Of a stretch of 62,901 nt of DNA, positions 1-9,682 are shown one piece after another (positions within the stretch are counted from its first letter, which is position 1; each line of letters starts with the position of its first letter). Position numbers and translations under genes: made by a program. The stretch is from Candidatus Humimicrobium oleiphilum (lineage in GTDB: Bacteria > Actinomycetota > Humimicrobiia > Humimicrobiales > Humimicrobiaceae): NCBI GenBank assembly GCA_002304935.1, contig DBPS01000051.1, forward strand, positions 25,861-88,761, written 5' to 3'. The notes below the pieces were generated by a model that saw only the letters and a list, made by a program, of their open reading frames with translations, searched no databases and was not told the DNA's origin.

Positions 1-137
1 TTTTAGATTTTTCTTGTTTTATTATAGAAAAAATAAAAAAATTAACGTATCTTTTTAAATATCAGCGAAATATTGATATTTTTTTATTTAATGGTTGTGC
101 TTATAGTTTTTTATAAAAAAATATAAAGGAGTAAAAG

Positions 138-788
138 TTGCAGAATGTTTTTAAACTTAATGATTTTATAGAGATTTTAAAGATTGCAGATACTGAGATT
201 GATAAAAATAAGCAATATCTGTCCAATCTTGATTCGGTTATAGGAGATGGGGACCACGGGATTACCATATCTACAGCGTTTTCAAAAATAAACAACGAAA
301 TTTCATCAAGAAATTTTGATTCAATACCTGATTTGTTCAAATTCGTAGGTAATTTGTTCATAACTTCAATAGGAGGTACAACCGGACCGATATTCGGATA
401 CATTTTTATCGGAATGGCTTCTTCGTTAATCGAAAATAAAAAAGATGAAGTATCTCTTTCTGAATTTTATAACATGCTTTCTGCTGCTCTTCAGAAAGTT
501 ACCAGCATAGGAAAGGCAAATCCCGGAGACAAGACACTTGTCGATACCCTTAATGCCGCGGTCAGTTCTCTTAAAGAGTCTGTTGAAAAAAATATGGAAT
601 TATCTGAAGGAATAAAGGCAATGGCAGTTGAAGCGCAAAAAGGGGCTGAATCTACAAAAGATATGGTTGCAACAAAAGGCAGGGCAAGGTATCTGGGAGA
701 GAGGTCTTTGGGATACCAGGATGCCGGAGCGACATCTGTTTTTATTATTTTAAATGCATTTAACATTTATCTGCAAAATAGTCAATGA
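138..788 (+). CDS. dhaL: Dihydroxyacetone kinase ADP-binding subunit DhaL
   Basis: Motifs DSVIGDGDHG, GGTTGPIFG, GDKTLVDTL, ATKGRARYLGERSLG-DAGATS; TTG start with AAGGAG upstream. Confidence 0.9.
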   Translation: MQNVFKLNDFIEILKIADTEIDKNKQYLSNLDSVIGDGDHGITISTAFSKINNEISSRNFDSIPDLFKFVGNLFITSIGGTTGPIFGYIFIGMASSLIENKKDEVSLSEFYNMLSAALQKVTSIGKANPGDKTLVDTLNAAVSSLKESVEKNMELSEGIKAMAVEAQKGAESTKDMVATKGRARYLGERSLGYQDAGATSVFIILNAFNIYLQNSQ

Positions 789-804
789 AAGGATATTGGG
801 AAAA

Positions 805-1806
805 ATGGTAAAAAAACTCATAAATAATCCGGATGATATTGTAAATGAGCTCATTGAAGGTTTTGTACTTATTAATAGTAAAAAGGTTAAAAGAATAGGT
901 GATTCCAATGCAATTGCAAGAATAGAATCTCCAATAAAGGGCAAGGTGGGTATTGTCATAGGAGGAGGTGCAGGGCATGAACCTTTATTTCTTGAACTCA
1001 TAGGCGAAGGGATGGCTGATGCAGTTGCACACGGGCAGGTTTTTGCAGCTCCGTCTCCCGATCATATTTTAAAAGCAATTAATGCTGTAGATGGTGACAG
1101 GGGAGTACTGCTTCTTTATAATAATTATGCTGGCGATGTTCTGAATTTTAATATTGCCCAGGACATGGCAAGAGAACAGGGAATAAATATTGAGACTGTG
1201 CTTATAAACGATGAGATTTCCTCTGCTCCTCTGGAGAGAAGGGAAGACAGACGGGGGACTACTTCAGATCACTTTATAATTAAGCTGGCTGGTGCAGCTT
1301 CAAAAGCCGGAATGGATTTAAGTACTCTTGTAAAATTTCTTAACAAGGCAGTTTATAATTCCAGGTCTCTCGGGGTTTCTTTGTCAGCATGCACGCTGCC
1401 TCAGACTGGTCTGTCGACTTTTACCCTTGAGGAAGGGAAAATGGAATTCGGTATGGGTCTGCACGGAGAGGCAGGAGTAAAAAAAGTTGATCTCATGACT
1501 GCTGATGAAACAGCAAGAACCATAATAGATTATCTTGTAGCAGATCTTCCTTTTGTGGAAAATGATGAGATTATGCTGATAATCAATGGCTATGGATCAA
1601 CCACAAGAATGGAAATGTTTATTGTCGCTAAAAACATATATGAATACCTTTCAGAAAAGAAAATAAATATATATTCAGGTGAAATCGGCGAATTCTGCAC
1701 TTCCCAGGAAATGGCAGGAATATCAGTTACCATGATAAAGCTTGATGATGAGATGAAAAAATATTATGAAATGCCTGCATATAGCCCGGGCTATATAAAA
1801 CCATAA
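805..1806 (+). CDS. dhaK: Dihydroxyacetone kinase substrate-binding subunit DhaK (ORF track starts at 754; ATG 805 more likely)
   Basis: GGGAGHEP, VFAAPS, NYAGD, GMGLHGEAG (hemiaminal His), CTSQEMAG; begins MVKKLINNP as DhaK proteins do. Confidence 0.9.
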   Translation: MVKKLINNPDDIVNELIEGFVLINSKKVKRIGDSNAIARIESPIKGKVGIVIGGGAGHEPLFLELIGEGMADAVAHGQVFAAPSPDHILKAINAVDGDRGVLLLYNNYAGDVLNFNIAQDMAREQGINIETVLINDEISSAPLERREDRRGTTSDHFIIKLAGAASKAGMDLSTLVKFLNKAVYNSRSLGVSLSACTLPQTGLSTFTLEEGKMEFGMGLHGEAGVKKVDLMTADETARTIIDYLVADLPFVENDEIMLIINGYGSTTRMEMFIVAKNIYEYLSEKKINIYSGEIGEFCTSQEMAGISVTMIKLDDEMKKYYEMPAYSPGYIKP

Positions 1807-1898
1807 ACTCTGTTAATGCGATTTATTTTTTATTTTTAAAAATTTAAAAATAAATTATTTTGATAACAAGGTTACCGGCAGTCTTTATTATTAAAGAT

Positions 1899-3089
1899 TT
1901 ATTTTATTGCCCGGGATATTTTTTTACCGAATTCCCTGAGTCCGGCAATATCTTCTTTCCCAGGATGCCACATAAGCCTTAATCCTTCATCAGCAAGCTC
2001 AAATCCTGCCTTCTCCAGTTCACCGTTGATTACTTTTACGGACTCTCCGCTCCAGCCGTAACAGCCAAAAGAGGCAGCCTTTTTATTTTTAAACCCCAGA
2101 CCTTTTATAAATTCCAATAGTGCAGCCAGGGATGCAAGATAACCTTTATTTACTGTCGGAGAACCCGCAATAACGGCTTTTGACTTAAAGATCTCTGTTA
2201 CTATCGTATTCAGATCATGTCTTGCGCTGTTAAAAATCTTTATGGAAATATTTTCATCATCCATTTTAATGCCTTCTGCAATTTCCTCAGCCATTCTTCT
2301 GGTCCCATTCCACATGGTGTCATAGACAATTGTCACCTGGTTTTCATTATAAGCATCTGCCCAGCTTAAATATTTCTCAATTATCTGCTCAGGATTTTTC
2401 CTCCATATTACACCATGGCTGGGGCAGATCATTTTTACTGGCAGATTGAAAGATAAAACTTCCTGTATTTTTTTTATAACCAGGCTGCTGAAAGGGGTAA
2501 GTATATTTGCGTAATATTTAATTGCTTCTTCATATAATTCACTTTCCGGGACAAGGTCATTAAACATGAATTCATTTGCATAGTGCTGCCCGAAAGCATC
2601 ATTGGAAAATAAAACATCATCTCCGGTCAGATAAGTAAACATGCTGTCCGGCCAGTGCAGCATTCTTGCTTCAACAAAAATCAGATCTTTTTTACCTATA
2701 TTCAGTTTGTCACCCGTTTTTACGGTAACAAGATTAAAATCTTTATGAAATTGTCCTTTTAATGATTTAACCGCGTTGCCGGAACAATAGATAGGTGTAT
2801 CCGGTATTTTTTCAGCAAGAAGGGACAAAGCGCCGCTATGATCTACTTCTCCGTGATTTGCCACTATATAATCAATTTTATCCAGGCCGATTTCCTCTTC
2901 CAGCCCGGAAATGAATTCTTTTGCAAAAGGAGACCATACTGTATCTATTAAAACATTTTTTTCGTCTCTTATAAGATATGAATTGTAAGAAGAACCTCTG
3001 AATGTTGACAATTCTTCTCCGTGGAATTTTCTTAATTCCCAGTCTATTTTTCCGACCCATTTTATATTTTCATTGATATTGAAAGACAT
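1899..3089 (-). CDS. fprA: Class A flavodiiron protein (FprA; O2/NO reductase), metallo-beta-lactamase plus flavodoxin domains
   Basis: Diiron ligand motifs NHGEVDHSG, MLHWPDSM, SNDAFGQH, CPSHGVIW; flavodoxin YDTMWNGT and FGCYGWSGE; AGGAGG RBS; no rubredoxin tail. Confidence 0.93.
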   Translation of the reverse strand: MSFNINENIKWVGKIDWELRKFHGEELSTFRGSSYNSYLIRDEKNVLIDTVWSPFAKEFISGLEEEIGLDKIDYIVANHGEVDHSGALSLLAEKIPDTPIYCSGNAVKSLKGQFHKDFNLVTVKTGDKLNIGKKDLIFVEARMLHWPDSMFTYLTGDDVLFSNDAFGQHYANEFMFNDLVPESELYEEAIKYYANILTPFSSLVIKKIQEVLSFNLPVKMICPSHGVIWRKNPEQIIEKYLSWADAYNENQVTIVYDTMWNGTRRMAEEIAEGIKMDDENISIKIFNSARHDLNTIVTEIFKSKAVIAGSPTVNKGYLASLAALLEFIKGLGFKNKKAASFGCYGWSGESVKVINGELEKAGFELADEGLRLMWHPGKEDIAGLREFGKKISRAIK

Positions 3090-3128
3090 TTGCCCTCCTG
3101 TTTAAAATATTGGAATTTTTTAAATTTT

Positions 3129-3157
3129 AGATTAACTTTTTCAAAAATAAAAGTCAA
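3129..3157 (-). promoter_or_regulatory. Probable sigma70-type promoter for fprA
   Basis: Minus strand TTGACT (3157-3152), 17-bp spacer, TAATCT (3134-3129), about 40 nt upstream of the fprA ATG. Confidence 0.55.
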
Positions 3158-3311
3158 AAAAATCATATGCTCTTATTATTCCGGTAATTTTAAATTTAAA
3201 AAAAATTATAGTGATACATGCCAGCTGCTTATATTTTTAAATATTTTTATAATTTATTCTTTTGAGCTAAAATACTAAATAATTTTTAAAGAATCATAAA
3301 CATTTTAAAAT

Positions 3312-4349
3312 ATGAATAGAAAAGCATTAAGGATTATAATAATCCTCATTATTATAATAATAGTACTCATAATGATAGCATCTTCTATAGGTGCAGCAAA
3401 TCTTTCCATTAGTTCGACAGCAAAAATAATTTTCAGCAAAGTGTGGGGGATAAGAAATTTTATTGATATTTCTTCCATCAGTCCTCAGGATATGAAGATT
3501 GTTTTTGACATAAGACTGCCAAGGATACTTATGGCAGTCATGGCAGGGATAGCATTATCCGGTTCGGGAGTAATATTCCAGGGCATATTCAGGAACCCCA
3601 TGGCCGATCCTTACATAATCGGTGTTTCTTCCGGTGCTGCTTTCGGAGCTACAATTGCCATAATGTTTGCAAAAGGCCTGAAATTTTTTAATCTTTCATT
3701 AACAAGCCTTTTTGCTTTTGCCGGAGCGATACTGACCACACTATTGATTTATAATATATCAAAAATAAAAGGTAAAATATCAATACTTACACTTCTGCTT
3801 TCAGGAGTTGCTTTAAGCTCTCTTCTCACATCAGTAATTTCTTTTTTAATGATTTACAGGACACATGATCTTTCAAAAGTATATTTCTGGATAATGGGAG
3901 GGCTTACAAATTCTTCATGGCTCAATCTTTCAATAATAACTCCTGCTGTTGTCCTGATATCTGTGGTTATTTTCTTTTATACCAAAGATCTGAATGTTCT
4001 TTCGCTGGGGGAGGAAAGAGCAAATCAGTTAGGCATGCAGACAGAAAAATTAAAACTTACGCTCTTGATACTTGCTTCACTAATAGCCGCAGCTGCAGTG
4101 TCGGTAAGCGGGATAATCGGATTTGTCGGTCTTATAACTCCGCATATAATGAGGCTTTTTGTGGGACCGGACCATAAGATATTATATCCAAGTGCTGCTT
4201 TATCAGGCGGGATAGTACTGTTATTTTCTGATACAATTGCCAGGATTATTCTTGCTCCGAGAGAAATACCGGTTGGTATAATAACTTCAATAATAGGAGT
4301 ACCCTTTTTTATTTATTTGCTTGTCAGATCAAAAAGGCAGGTATTTTAA
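3312..4349 (+). CDS. FecCD/BtuC-family ABC permease (corrinoid or iron chelate)
   Basis: IRLPRIL, FRNPMADPYIIGVSSGAAFG, SGIIGFVGLITPH, EIPVGIITS; multiple TM helices. Confidence 0.9.
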   Translation: MNRKALRIIIILIIIIIVLIMIASSIGAANLSISSTAKIIFSKVWGIRNFIDISSISPQDMKIVFDIRLPRILMAVMAGIALSGSGVIFQGIFRNPMADPYIIGVSSGAAFGATIAIMFAKGLKFFNLSLTSLFAFAGAILTTLLIYNISKIKGKISILTLLLSGVALSSLLTSVISFLMIYRTHDLSKVYFWIMGGLTNSSWLNLSIITPAVVLISVVIFFYTKDLNVLSLGEERANQLGMQTEKLKLTLLILASLIAAAAVSVSGIIGFVGLITPHIMRLFVGPDHKILYPSAALSGGIVLLFSDTIARIILAPREIPVGIITSIIGVPFFIYLLVRSKRQVF

Positions 4350-5627
4350 TTGGAAAAAAATATATCCTTACAGGCACAGGCACTGTCTTTTGCATATAAT
4401 AAAATCCCGATATTAAAAGGGATTGATTTTGATATTGAAAAGGGAAGCTTCCTCTCGATTATCGGTCCTAATGGTGCAGGGAAAAGCACGCTTGTAAATA
4501 TTATAAGCAAAGTACTTCCCTCTTTTGAGGGAGATTTAAAAATTGAAGGTAAAAGTATAAAAAGGCTCAGTAGTTCTGAAGTTGCAAAAAAAATAGCAGT
4601 TGTTCCTCAATATACCGATATGGGTTTTAATTTCACAGTATCTGAAATAGTATTAATGGGCAGATATCCACACTTAAAAAGGTTCAAAGGAGAAAACAGG
4701 AATGATTATGATATTTGCAGCAGGGCCATGCATATTACAAGGACTGAGGAATTCAGTTCAAGAAAATATAATGAGCTTTCCGGCGGGGAAAAACAAAGAG
4801 TCATAATAGCACAGACTCTTGCCCAGGATACCCCTATAATCATACTTGATGAACCTACAAGTCATCTTGATATAAATTTTCAGATAGAATTTATGGAATT
4901 GTTTTATGATTTAAACAAAAATTACGGCAAAACAATAATTGGCATTTTCCACGATATAAACCTTGCGCTGCAATATTCCGAAAAAATAATTATGCTTAAG
5001 GAAGGAAAAATATTTGCAGATGGCAAAACTGCAGATGTAATCACCAGGTCAAACATAATGGCTGTCTTTAACAGCGATGTCTATGTAGCCAGAAACCCAT
5101 TTACTGGCAGACTATATGTCAGCCCGAATTTTAATTTAAGAATAAATAAAGAAAAAAATATAAGCAAAAAGGAGATAAAAATCCATGTTATCGGCGGAGG
5201 GGGTGCAGCATCGCATATTTTAAACATTCTTCACAATCATGGATATATATTATCTGCGGGTGTAATAAACAATCTTGATACGGATATAAATACTGCTCAG
5301 GAGCTTGGGATTATTTTTATAAATGAAGCGCCTTTTTCACCGATATCAAAAGAAGCCTATTCGAAGAACCTTGAGCTTGTGAAGAATGCTGACCTCGTTA
5401 TTCTTCCCGGTATCGAATTCGGCAATGGCAATATTTTAAATCTTGAAGCTGTCTATGAAGCTGTAAAAATGAATAAAAAGATCATCGTAGTTGACGGTAT
5501 AAATATCAGCATAAGGGATCACATTGGTGGAAAAGCAGCTGATATCTATGAAAAAATAATCAGTTCAGGTGCTTATTTAATAAAAACAGATGAAGATATT
5601 ATAAAGGCGATTCCGGAAGTGATTTAA
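4350..5627 (+). CDS. BtuD/FecE-like ABC ATPase with about 160-aa extra C-terminal domain
   Basis: Walker A GPNGAGKST, signature LSGGEKQRV, Walker B IILDEPTSHLD, H-loop IFHD; abuts the permease stop. Confidence 0.88.
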   Translation: MEKNISLQAQALSFAYNKIPILKGIDFDIEKGSFLSIIGPNGAGKSTLVNIISKVLPSFEGDLKIEGKSIKRLSSSEVAKKIAVVPQYTDMGFNFTVSEIVLMGRYPHLKRFKGENRNDYDICSRAMHITRTEEFSSRKYNELSGGEKQRVIIAQTLAQDTPIIILDEPTSHLDINFQIEFMELFYDLNKNYGKTIIGIFHDINLALQYSEKIIMLKEGKIFADGKTADVITRSNIMAVFNSDVYVARNPFTGRLYVSPNFNLRINKEKNISKKEIKIHVIGGGGAASHILNILHNHGYILSAGVINNLDTDINTAQELGIIFINEAPFSPISKEAYSKNLELVKNADLVILPGIEFGNGNILNLEAVYEAVKMNKKIIVVDGINISIRDHIGGKAADIYEKIISSGAYLIKTDEDIIKAIPEVI

Positions 5628-5784
5628 TAATTTTTATAAAGGAAATTTATGGTATGAATTTCAGATTTATGCCAGAAACTGATTTTAAATAAGGATATTT
5701 TATTATTTTAAGCGTTTGTCTTATTTTTGTTGAAATGATGCTTGTATATTTTAAACGTAAAAAATGGTTATAGATTTTATATAA

Positions 5785-6990
5785 ATGGGCAGATTAAAAG
5801 TAAGCATACATAAGTGTTCAGGTTATGAAAGTGAAGAGCTGGATAAAGCTATTAATATGTGCATGAATGATATCGGGGGATTTGAAGAATTGTTATCAGA
5901 ATCAACTAAAATATTATTAAAGCCGAATCTGCTATCAATTGCTGAGCCTGAAAAAGCAGTTACAACCAATCCTGTGTTTATAGAAGCAGTTATAAGAAAA
6001 ATATTATCAGTCAATGGTAATAATCCAAAAGCAATTACTCTGGCAGACAGTTCAATTCCTATAGTACCTTTTTCCAAAAAAGGATTAAAAGAACTTTATG
6101 AAAAAACAAAGATGCACTATCTGGCTGATAAATATGGAATAAATCTGAATTATGACAATAATGTTAAAAAAATTTCTATCCCTGAAGGGATAACAGTAAA
6201 AAGCATCGAAGTAATGAAAGTAGTTCCTGATAGTGATTTGATAATTAATCTTCCAAAATTCAAGACACATAATTTAACCATATTCACCGGAGCAGTGAAA
6301 AATATGTTCGGGATCATACCCGGGATGGCAAAACCAGGATATCATACAAGATTCTTTAAATTTGAGATGTTCTGTAACCTTCTTATTGATATCGCTACAG
6401 GAGTCAGGCAGGGTCTTAACATAATGGATGCTGTTACCGGTATGGAAGGAAATGGTCCCGGGAAAAGCGGGATTCCCAGGGAAATGGGTCTTGTAATTGC
6501 CGGATATGATTGTTTTGCTGTTGATAATGCCGCATCTAATATAATTGGCCTGGACGAGGACAGTAGTCCGGTTATGAAAGTGGCAAAAAAAAGAAATTTA
6601 AGAGGTGCTTTCCTGGAAAATATAGATATAGCTGGTGAAAAAATTGAAGATGTTTTCATAGACGATTTTTTATTTCCAGAGACCAGGAAAACTGATTTGC
6701 CTGATAATTTTTTTGCAAACGCAATAAAAAGATTTGCGACCAACAGTCTTAATCCTTATCCTTATATTGATTTTATTAAATGCACGAATTGTAAGACCTG
6801 TTTTGAAGTCTGTCCTGAAAAAGCAATAACAGACAGAAATCTTGAAAAAAATAATCTTATATTTGATTACAGGAAATGCATCAGGTGTTTCTGTTGCTCA
6901 GAAGCATGCCCTGAGGGGGCTATTGAACACAGATACAGCTTCCTGGGAGATCTGATTATCAACAGATATGGCCTAAGAAGAAATAAATAA
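5785..6990 (+). CDS. DUF362 domain protein with C-terminal 2x[4Fe-4S] ferredoxin
   Basis: LLKPNLL, INLPKFKTH, GAVKNMFG, DAVTGMEGNGP; CTNCKTCFEVCP and CIRCFCCSEACP. Confidence 0.85.
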   Translation: MGRLKVSIHKCSGYESEELDKAINMCMNDIGGFEELLSESTKILLKPNLLSIAEPEKAVTTNPVFIEAVIRKILSVNGNNPKAITLADSSIPIVPFSKKGLKELYEKTKMHYLADKYGINLNYDNNVKKISIPEGITVKSIEVMKVVPDSDLIINLPKFKTHNLTIFTGAVKNMFGIIPGMAKPGYHTRFFKFEMFCNLLIDIATGVRQGLNIMDAVTGMEGNGPGKSGIPREMGLVIAGYDCFAVDNAASNIIGLDEDSSPVMKVAKKRNLRGAFLENIDIAGEKIEDVFIDDFLFPETRKTDLPDNFFANAIKRFATNSLNPYPYIDFIKCTNCKTCFEVCPEKAITDRNLEKNNLIFDYRKCIRCFCCSEACPEGAIEHRYSFLGDLIINRYGLRRNK

Positions 6991-7017
6991 AAATATATTT
7001 TAAAAGTTTCTTTCTGC

Positions 7018-8157
7018 TCAGCATACCTGGCTTCTGCCTGAATAAAGAAAACCACTGATTATCTTATAAACCTTTTCAATATTCAGTATCGAGGAAAAGT
7101 GAGGGTAATTCAGCCAGTATATCTGCGGTTTTCCAAGTTCTTTCCATAGAAGATTTGATGATTTTCTTGTAAAGAAATGGTCAATATTCGAATTAATCAT
7201 TATAACACTTTCAGGATTTATCATATGGCCAAAAGTCAGAGGATCGCAGAGGTAGCATTTTTTAGTACAAAGCCTGTAAACCGGGTTATTTTCGCTTAAA
7301 AGAGTCTCGCTTAAATCAGTAAAAAAAGTTTTATTTTCATCTTTTTTGAAATTTTCCAGAAAATCAAAATAATTTGAATAATATTCATGGCACTTGTTTC
7401 TGCTTATTGTACCGCTGTCTGCGCAGTTGCCCCTGAGAATAAATCTTAATATGCCTTTCCAGTGAATGTCTTCCCAATAACCTCCGCCAAGAAGAAGAAC
7501 GGCTTTTCTAATTCTTTTTTCTAGCGCTTTTACAATAACTGAGACCATTGCCCCAAGACTTATTCCGCAGATATCTGTCTCTGCAGGGCAGATAAGTTCT
7601 TCTGCAATATCTAATGCTTTTCTGATGTCTACGACACACTGATGGAAAAAATATAATGTATCTTTATCGTCATAAAAAACAAGCCTTTTACCGCTTGACT
7701 CATTCCCAGGCGTCCTGTCAAGATGAAAAGGAAGATTTATAAAAAGGCATATGGTATTATTATCCGTTATTTTTTCAATGAATCTGTAGTAATTGATTAA
7801 TTTATTTTCATTGGTTGAAAAGCCATGGACAAATACGAGCAGCCTGGCCTTATGTCTCAGATTATTAAAAAGCTTTTTTGTAGCTTCAGGATTATCATAA
7901 TATTCCAAAACCTTTTCATTGCTGTCTGAAAGGCCGGTTAATTTAAAATCATTTGTTTTATCAATTAAATCTTTATTGATAAAAAGATGACCGGATACAT
8001 TATCATTTTTCTCTATGCCTGTAATGTGGGGAGATCGGAAAGTAAGATTTAATTCAAAAATATTTTGGGGGACAGAGTTTTTGGGTGCTAAAATTTTTTT
8101 TGCTGGAAACATTCTGAAATCATTATTTTCTTTTCTGTCATATTCGTATATCTTCAT
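7018..8157 (-). CDS. Alpha/beta-hydrolase-fold protein (putative esterase/lipase)
   Basis: Oxyanion-region VHGFS, LPFHLDRTP, nucleophile elbow GISLG, downstream DPL and late His (YPHFS). Confidence 0.7.
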   Translation of the reverse strand: MKIYEYDRKENNDFRMFPAKKILAPKNSVPQNIFELNLTFRSPHITGIEKNDNVSGHLFINKDLIDKTNDFKLTGLSDSNEKVLEYYDNPEATKKLFNNLRHKARLLVFVHGFSTNENKLINYYRFIEKITDNNTICLFINLPFHLDRTPGNESSGKRLVFYDDKDTLYFFHQCVVDIRKALDIAEELICPAETDICGISLGAMVSVIVKALEKRIRKAVLLLGGGYWEDIHWKGILRFILRGNCADSGTISRNKCHEYYSNYFDFLENFKKDENKTFFTDLSETLLSENNPVYRLCTKKCYLCDPLTFGHMINPESVIMINSNIDHFFTRKSSNLLWKELGKPQIYWLNYPHFSSILNIEKVYKIISGFLYSGRSQVC

Positions 8158-8169
8158 TTTTTAACCAGA

Positions 8170-9162
8170 TTAGATTTTTTTGTTTCTGTTAAGAAAGTTC
8201 CTTGCAATCAGCATAATTCCACCGATTATTGCCATAAATATATTTATTACCAGTACAATAAGAGAAAATGTAAGTGCCGAAGAAGAATTAACCCCGAATT
8301 CCTTAAGCAGAATAACCAGAGTATTTTCTCTAAGGCCGAATCCTCCCAGGGTAATAGGTATATTTGAAATTGCCCATGTTACCGGAATTATAAACATATA
8401 AGGGATAAATCCAAGTTCGATATTGAGGGCAAGACCTATAAAATAAAAACTTGCAAAAGATAGCAGATTACTTATCGTGCTATACATAAAGCTGACAAAT
8501 ACATATTTTCCCTTACGTTTGTAGCTGTCTAATACTTCAGAAAATTCAAGGATGCTTTTTTTAAATCTTTTTAAGAATTTTATCTTTCCGAACAAAACAT
8601 CCAATTTGAATTTTTTAGGTACAATAAGAAGAATCACAAGAAAGATCACGATAGGGAAGAATATTATAAGTCCGATTATAAAAGGTCTGCTCAAGTGTTT
8701 ATACATTTTAAAGCAAAATGATATTAAAAGAAAAACTATGCCGCTTATTACTCCCAGAAACCTGCCAAGCAGGAGAGAAAGAATGTTCTCATGGACTGAA
8801 ACTTTAAATTTTCTATGAAGATCTATTCCTCTGTATGCGTCTCCTCCGACACTGGTAGGGAGAAGAGTATTATAAAACCCTCCGATAAGAACAGAATTAA
8901 GAAGATAGGAAATCGGTATCTGGATATTATGTGCCAGCAGCAGCGTTCTCCATCTCGGAGCTTCAATCATTATGCTGGATAGATAAAAAATAATACTTAA
9001 AATCAGAAATAATATATTCAGGTTTTTGAGAAGGCCCGGAACATGCTCAAGATGTTTGTAATTTATTAGTATAAGTATTGCAAGAAGCCCGAAACTGGTT
9101 GCTATCCTTAATATCGCTTTAAGTATTTTATTTAAGGAATCTTTTTTATTTTTACTGATCAT
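8170..9162 (-). CDS. UPF0104 / lysylphosphatidylglycerol-synthase-TM-like integral membrane protein (putative flippase)
   Basis: RWRTLL, FYNTLLPTSVGGDAYR, IPITLGGFGLRE motifs; multiple TM segments. Confidence 0.82.
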   Translation of the reverse strand: MISKNKKDSLNKILKAILRIATSFGLLAILILINYKHLEHVPGLLKNLNILFLILSIIFYLSSIMIEAPRWRTLLLAHNIQIPISYLLNSVLIGGFYNTLLPTSVGGDAYRGIDLHRKFKVSVHENILSLLLGRFLGVISGIVFLLISFCFKMYKHLSRPFIIGLIIFFPIVIFLVILLIVPKKFKLDVLFGKIKFLKRFKKSILEFSEVLDSYKRKGKYVFVSFMYSTISNLLSFASFYFIGLALNIELGFIPYMFIIPVTWAISNIPITLGGFGLRENTLVILLKEFGVNSSSALTFSLIVLVINIFMAIIGGIMLIARNFLNRNKKI

Positions 9163-9249
9163 ATTACTGTTTTATATAAAATGAATTCCCATATAATATT
9201 AAAATAATTGATTTTTTTAAATATATAACTCAGGACTGGTATTTAAAAA

Positions 9250-9609
9250 TTAAATCCGGCTGGAAAGTAGTTCTTTTACCTTGCTTTTGAATTCTGTAAG
9301 GTCTGAAGATTTAACGAGATATTCACTTGCAGCCCATGTGGAAAAATTCTGTGTAAATTCATTATAGGCAGAATAAATTATAATAGGTATATCTTTATCT
9401 TCCTTTCTTATCTTATCGAGCAATTCTATACCATTCATATTCGGCATTTTCAAATCTATGGTTATCAGATCCGGATTTTCCTTTTTAAAAAGCTCATAAC
9501 CGACAGCACCGTCTTCGGCAGTTATTACTTCATATCCTTCGTCAATAAGTTCTTCTTTATATAAACTTCTAATTGTTTTCTCATCTTCAACAACTAGTAT
9601 TTTTTTCAT
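9250..9609 (-). CDS. Single-domain response regulator (receiver only); start ATG 9609
   Basis: KILVVEDE, phosphoacceptor region TIDLKMP, IYSAY, YLVKS; about 119 aa with no output domain; GGAGGA RBS. Confidence 0.9.
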   Translation of the reverse strand: MKKILVVEDEKTIRSLYKEELIDEGYEVITAEDGAVGYELFKKENPDLITIDLKMPNMNGIELLDKIRKEDKDIPIIIYSAYNEFTQNFSTWAASEYLVKSSDLTEFKSKVKELLSSRI

Positions 9610-9682
9610 AAATAAATCCTCCAATAAAATTTTTACCTGCATGAGTTTAAAAAAATATCATTACATGAAAATAAGTCTTTTT

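Noticed and set aside
1821-1855. Inverted repeat ATTTATTTTT/AAAAATAAAT between convergent dhaK and fprA
   Set aside because: A/T-only and weak; expected by chance in this composition
3090-3311. Possible cobalamin riboswitch upstream of the BtuC-like permease
   Set aside because: Region is nearly all A/T; no B12-box or paired GC stems visible
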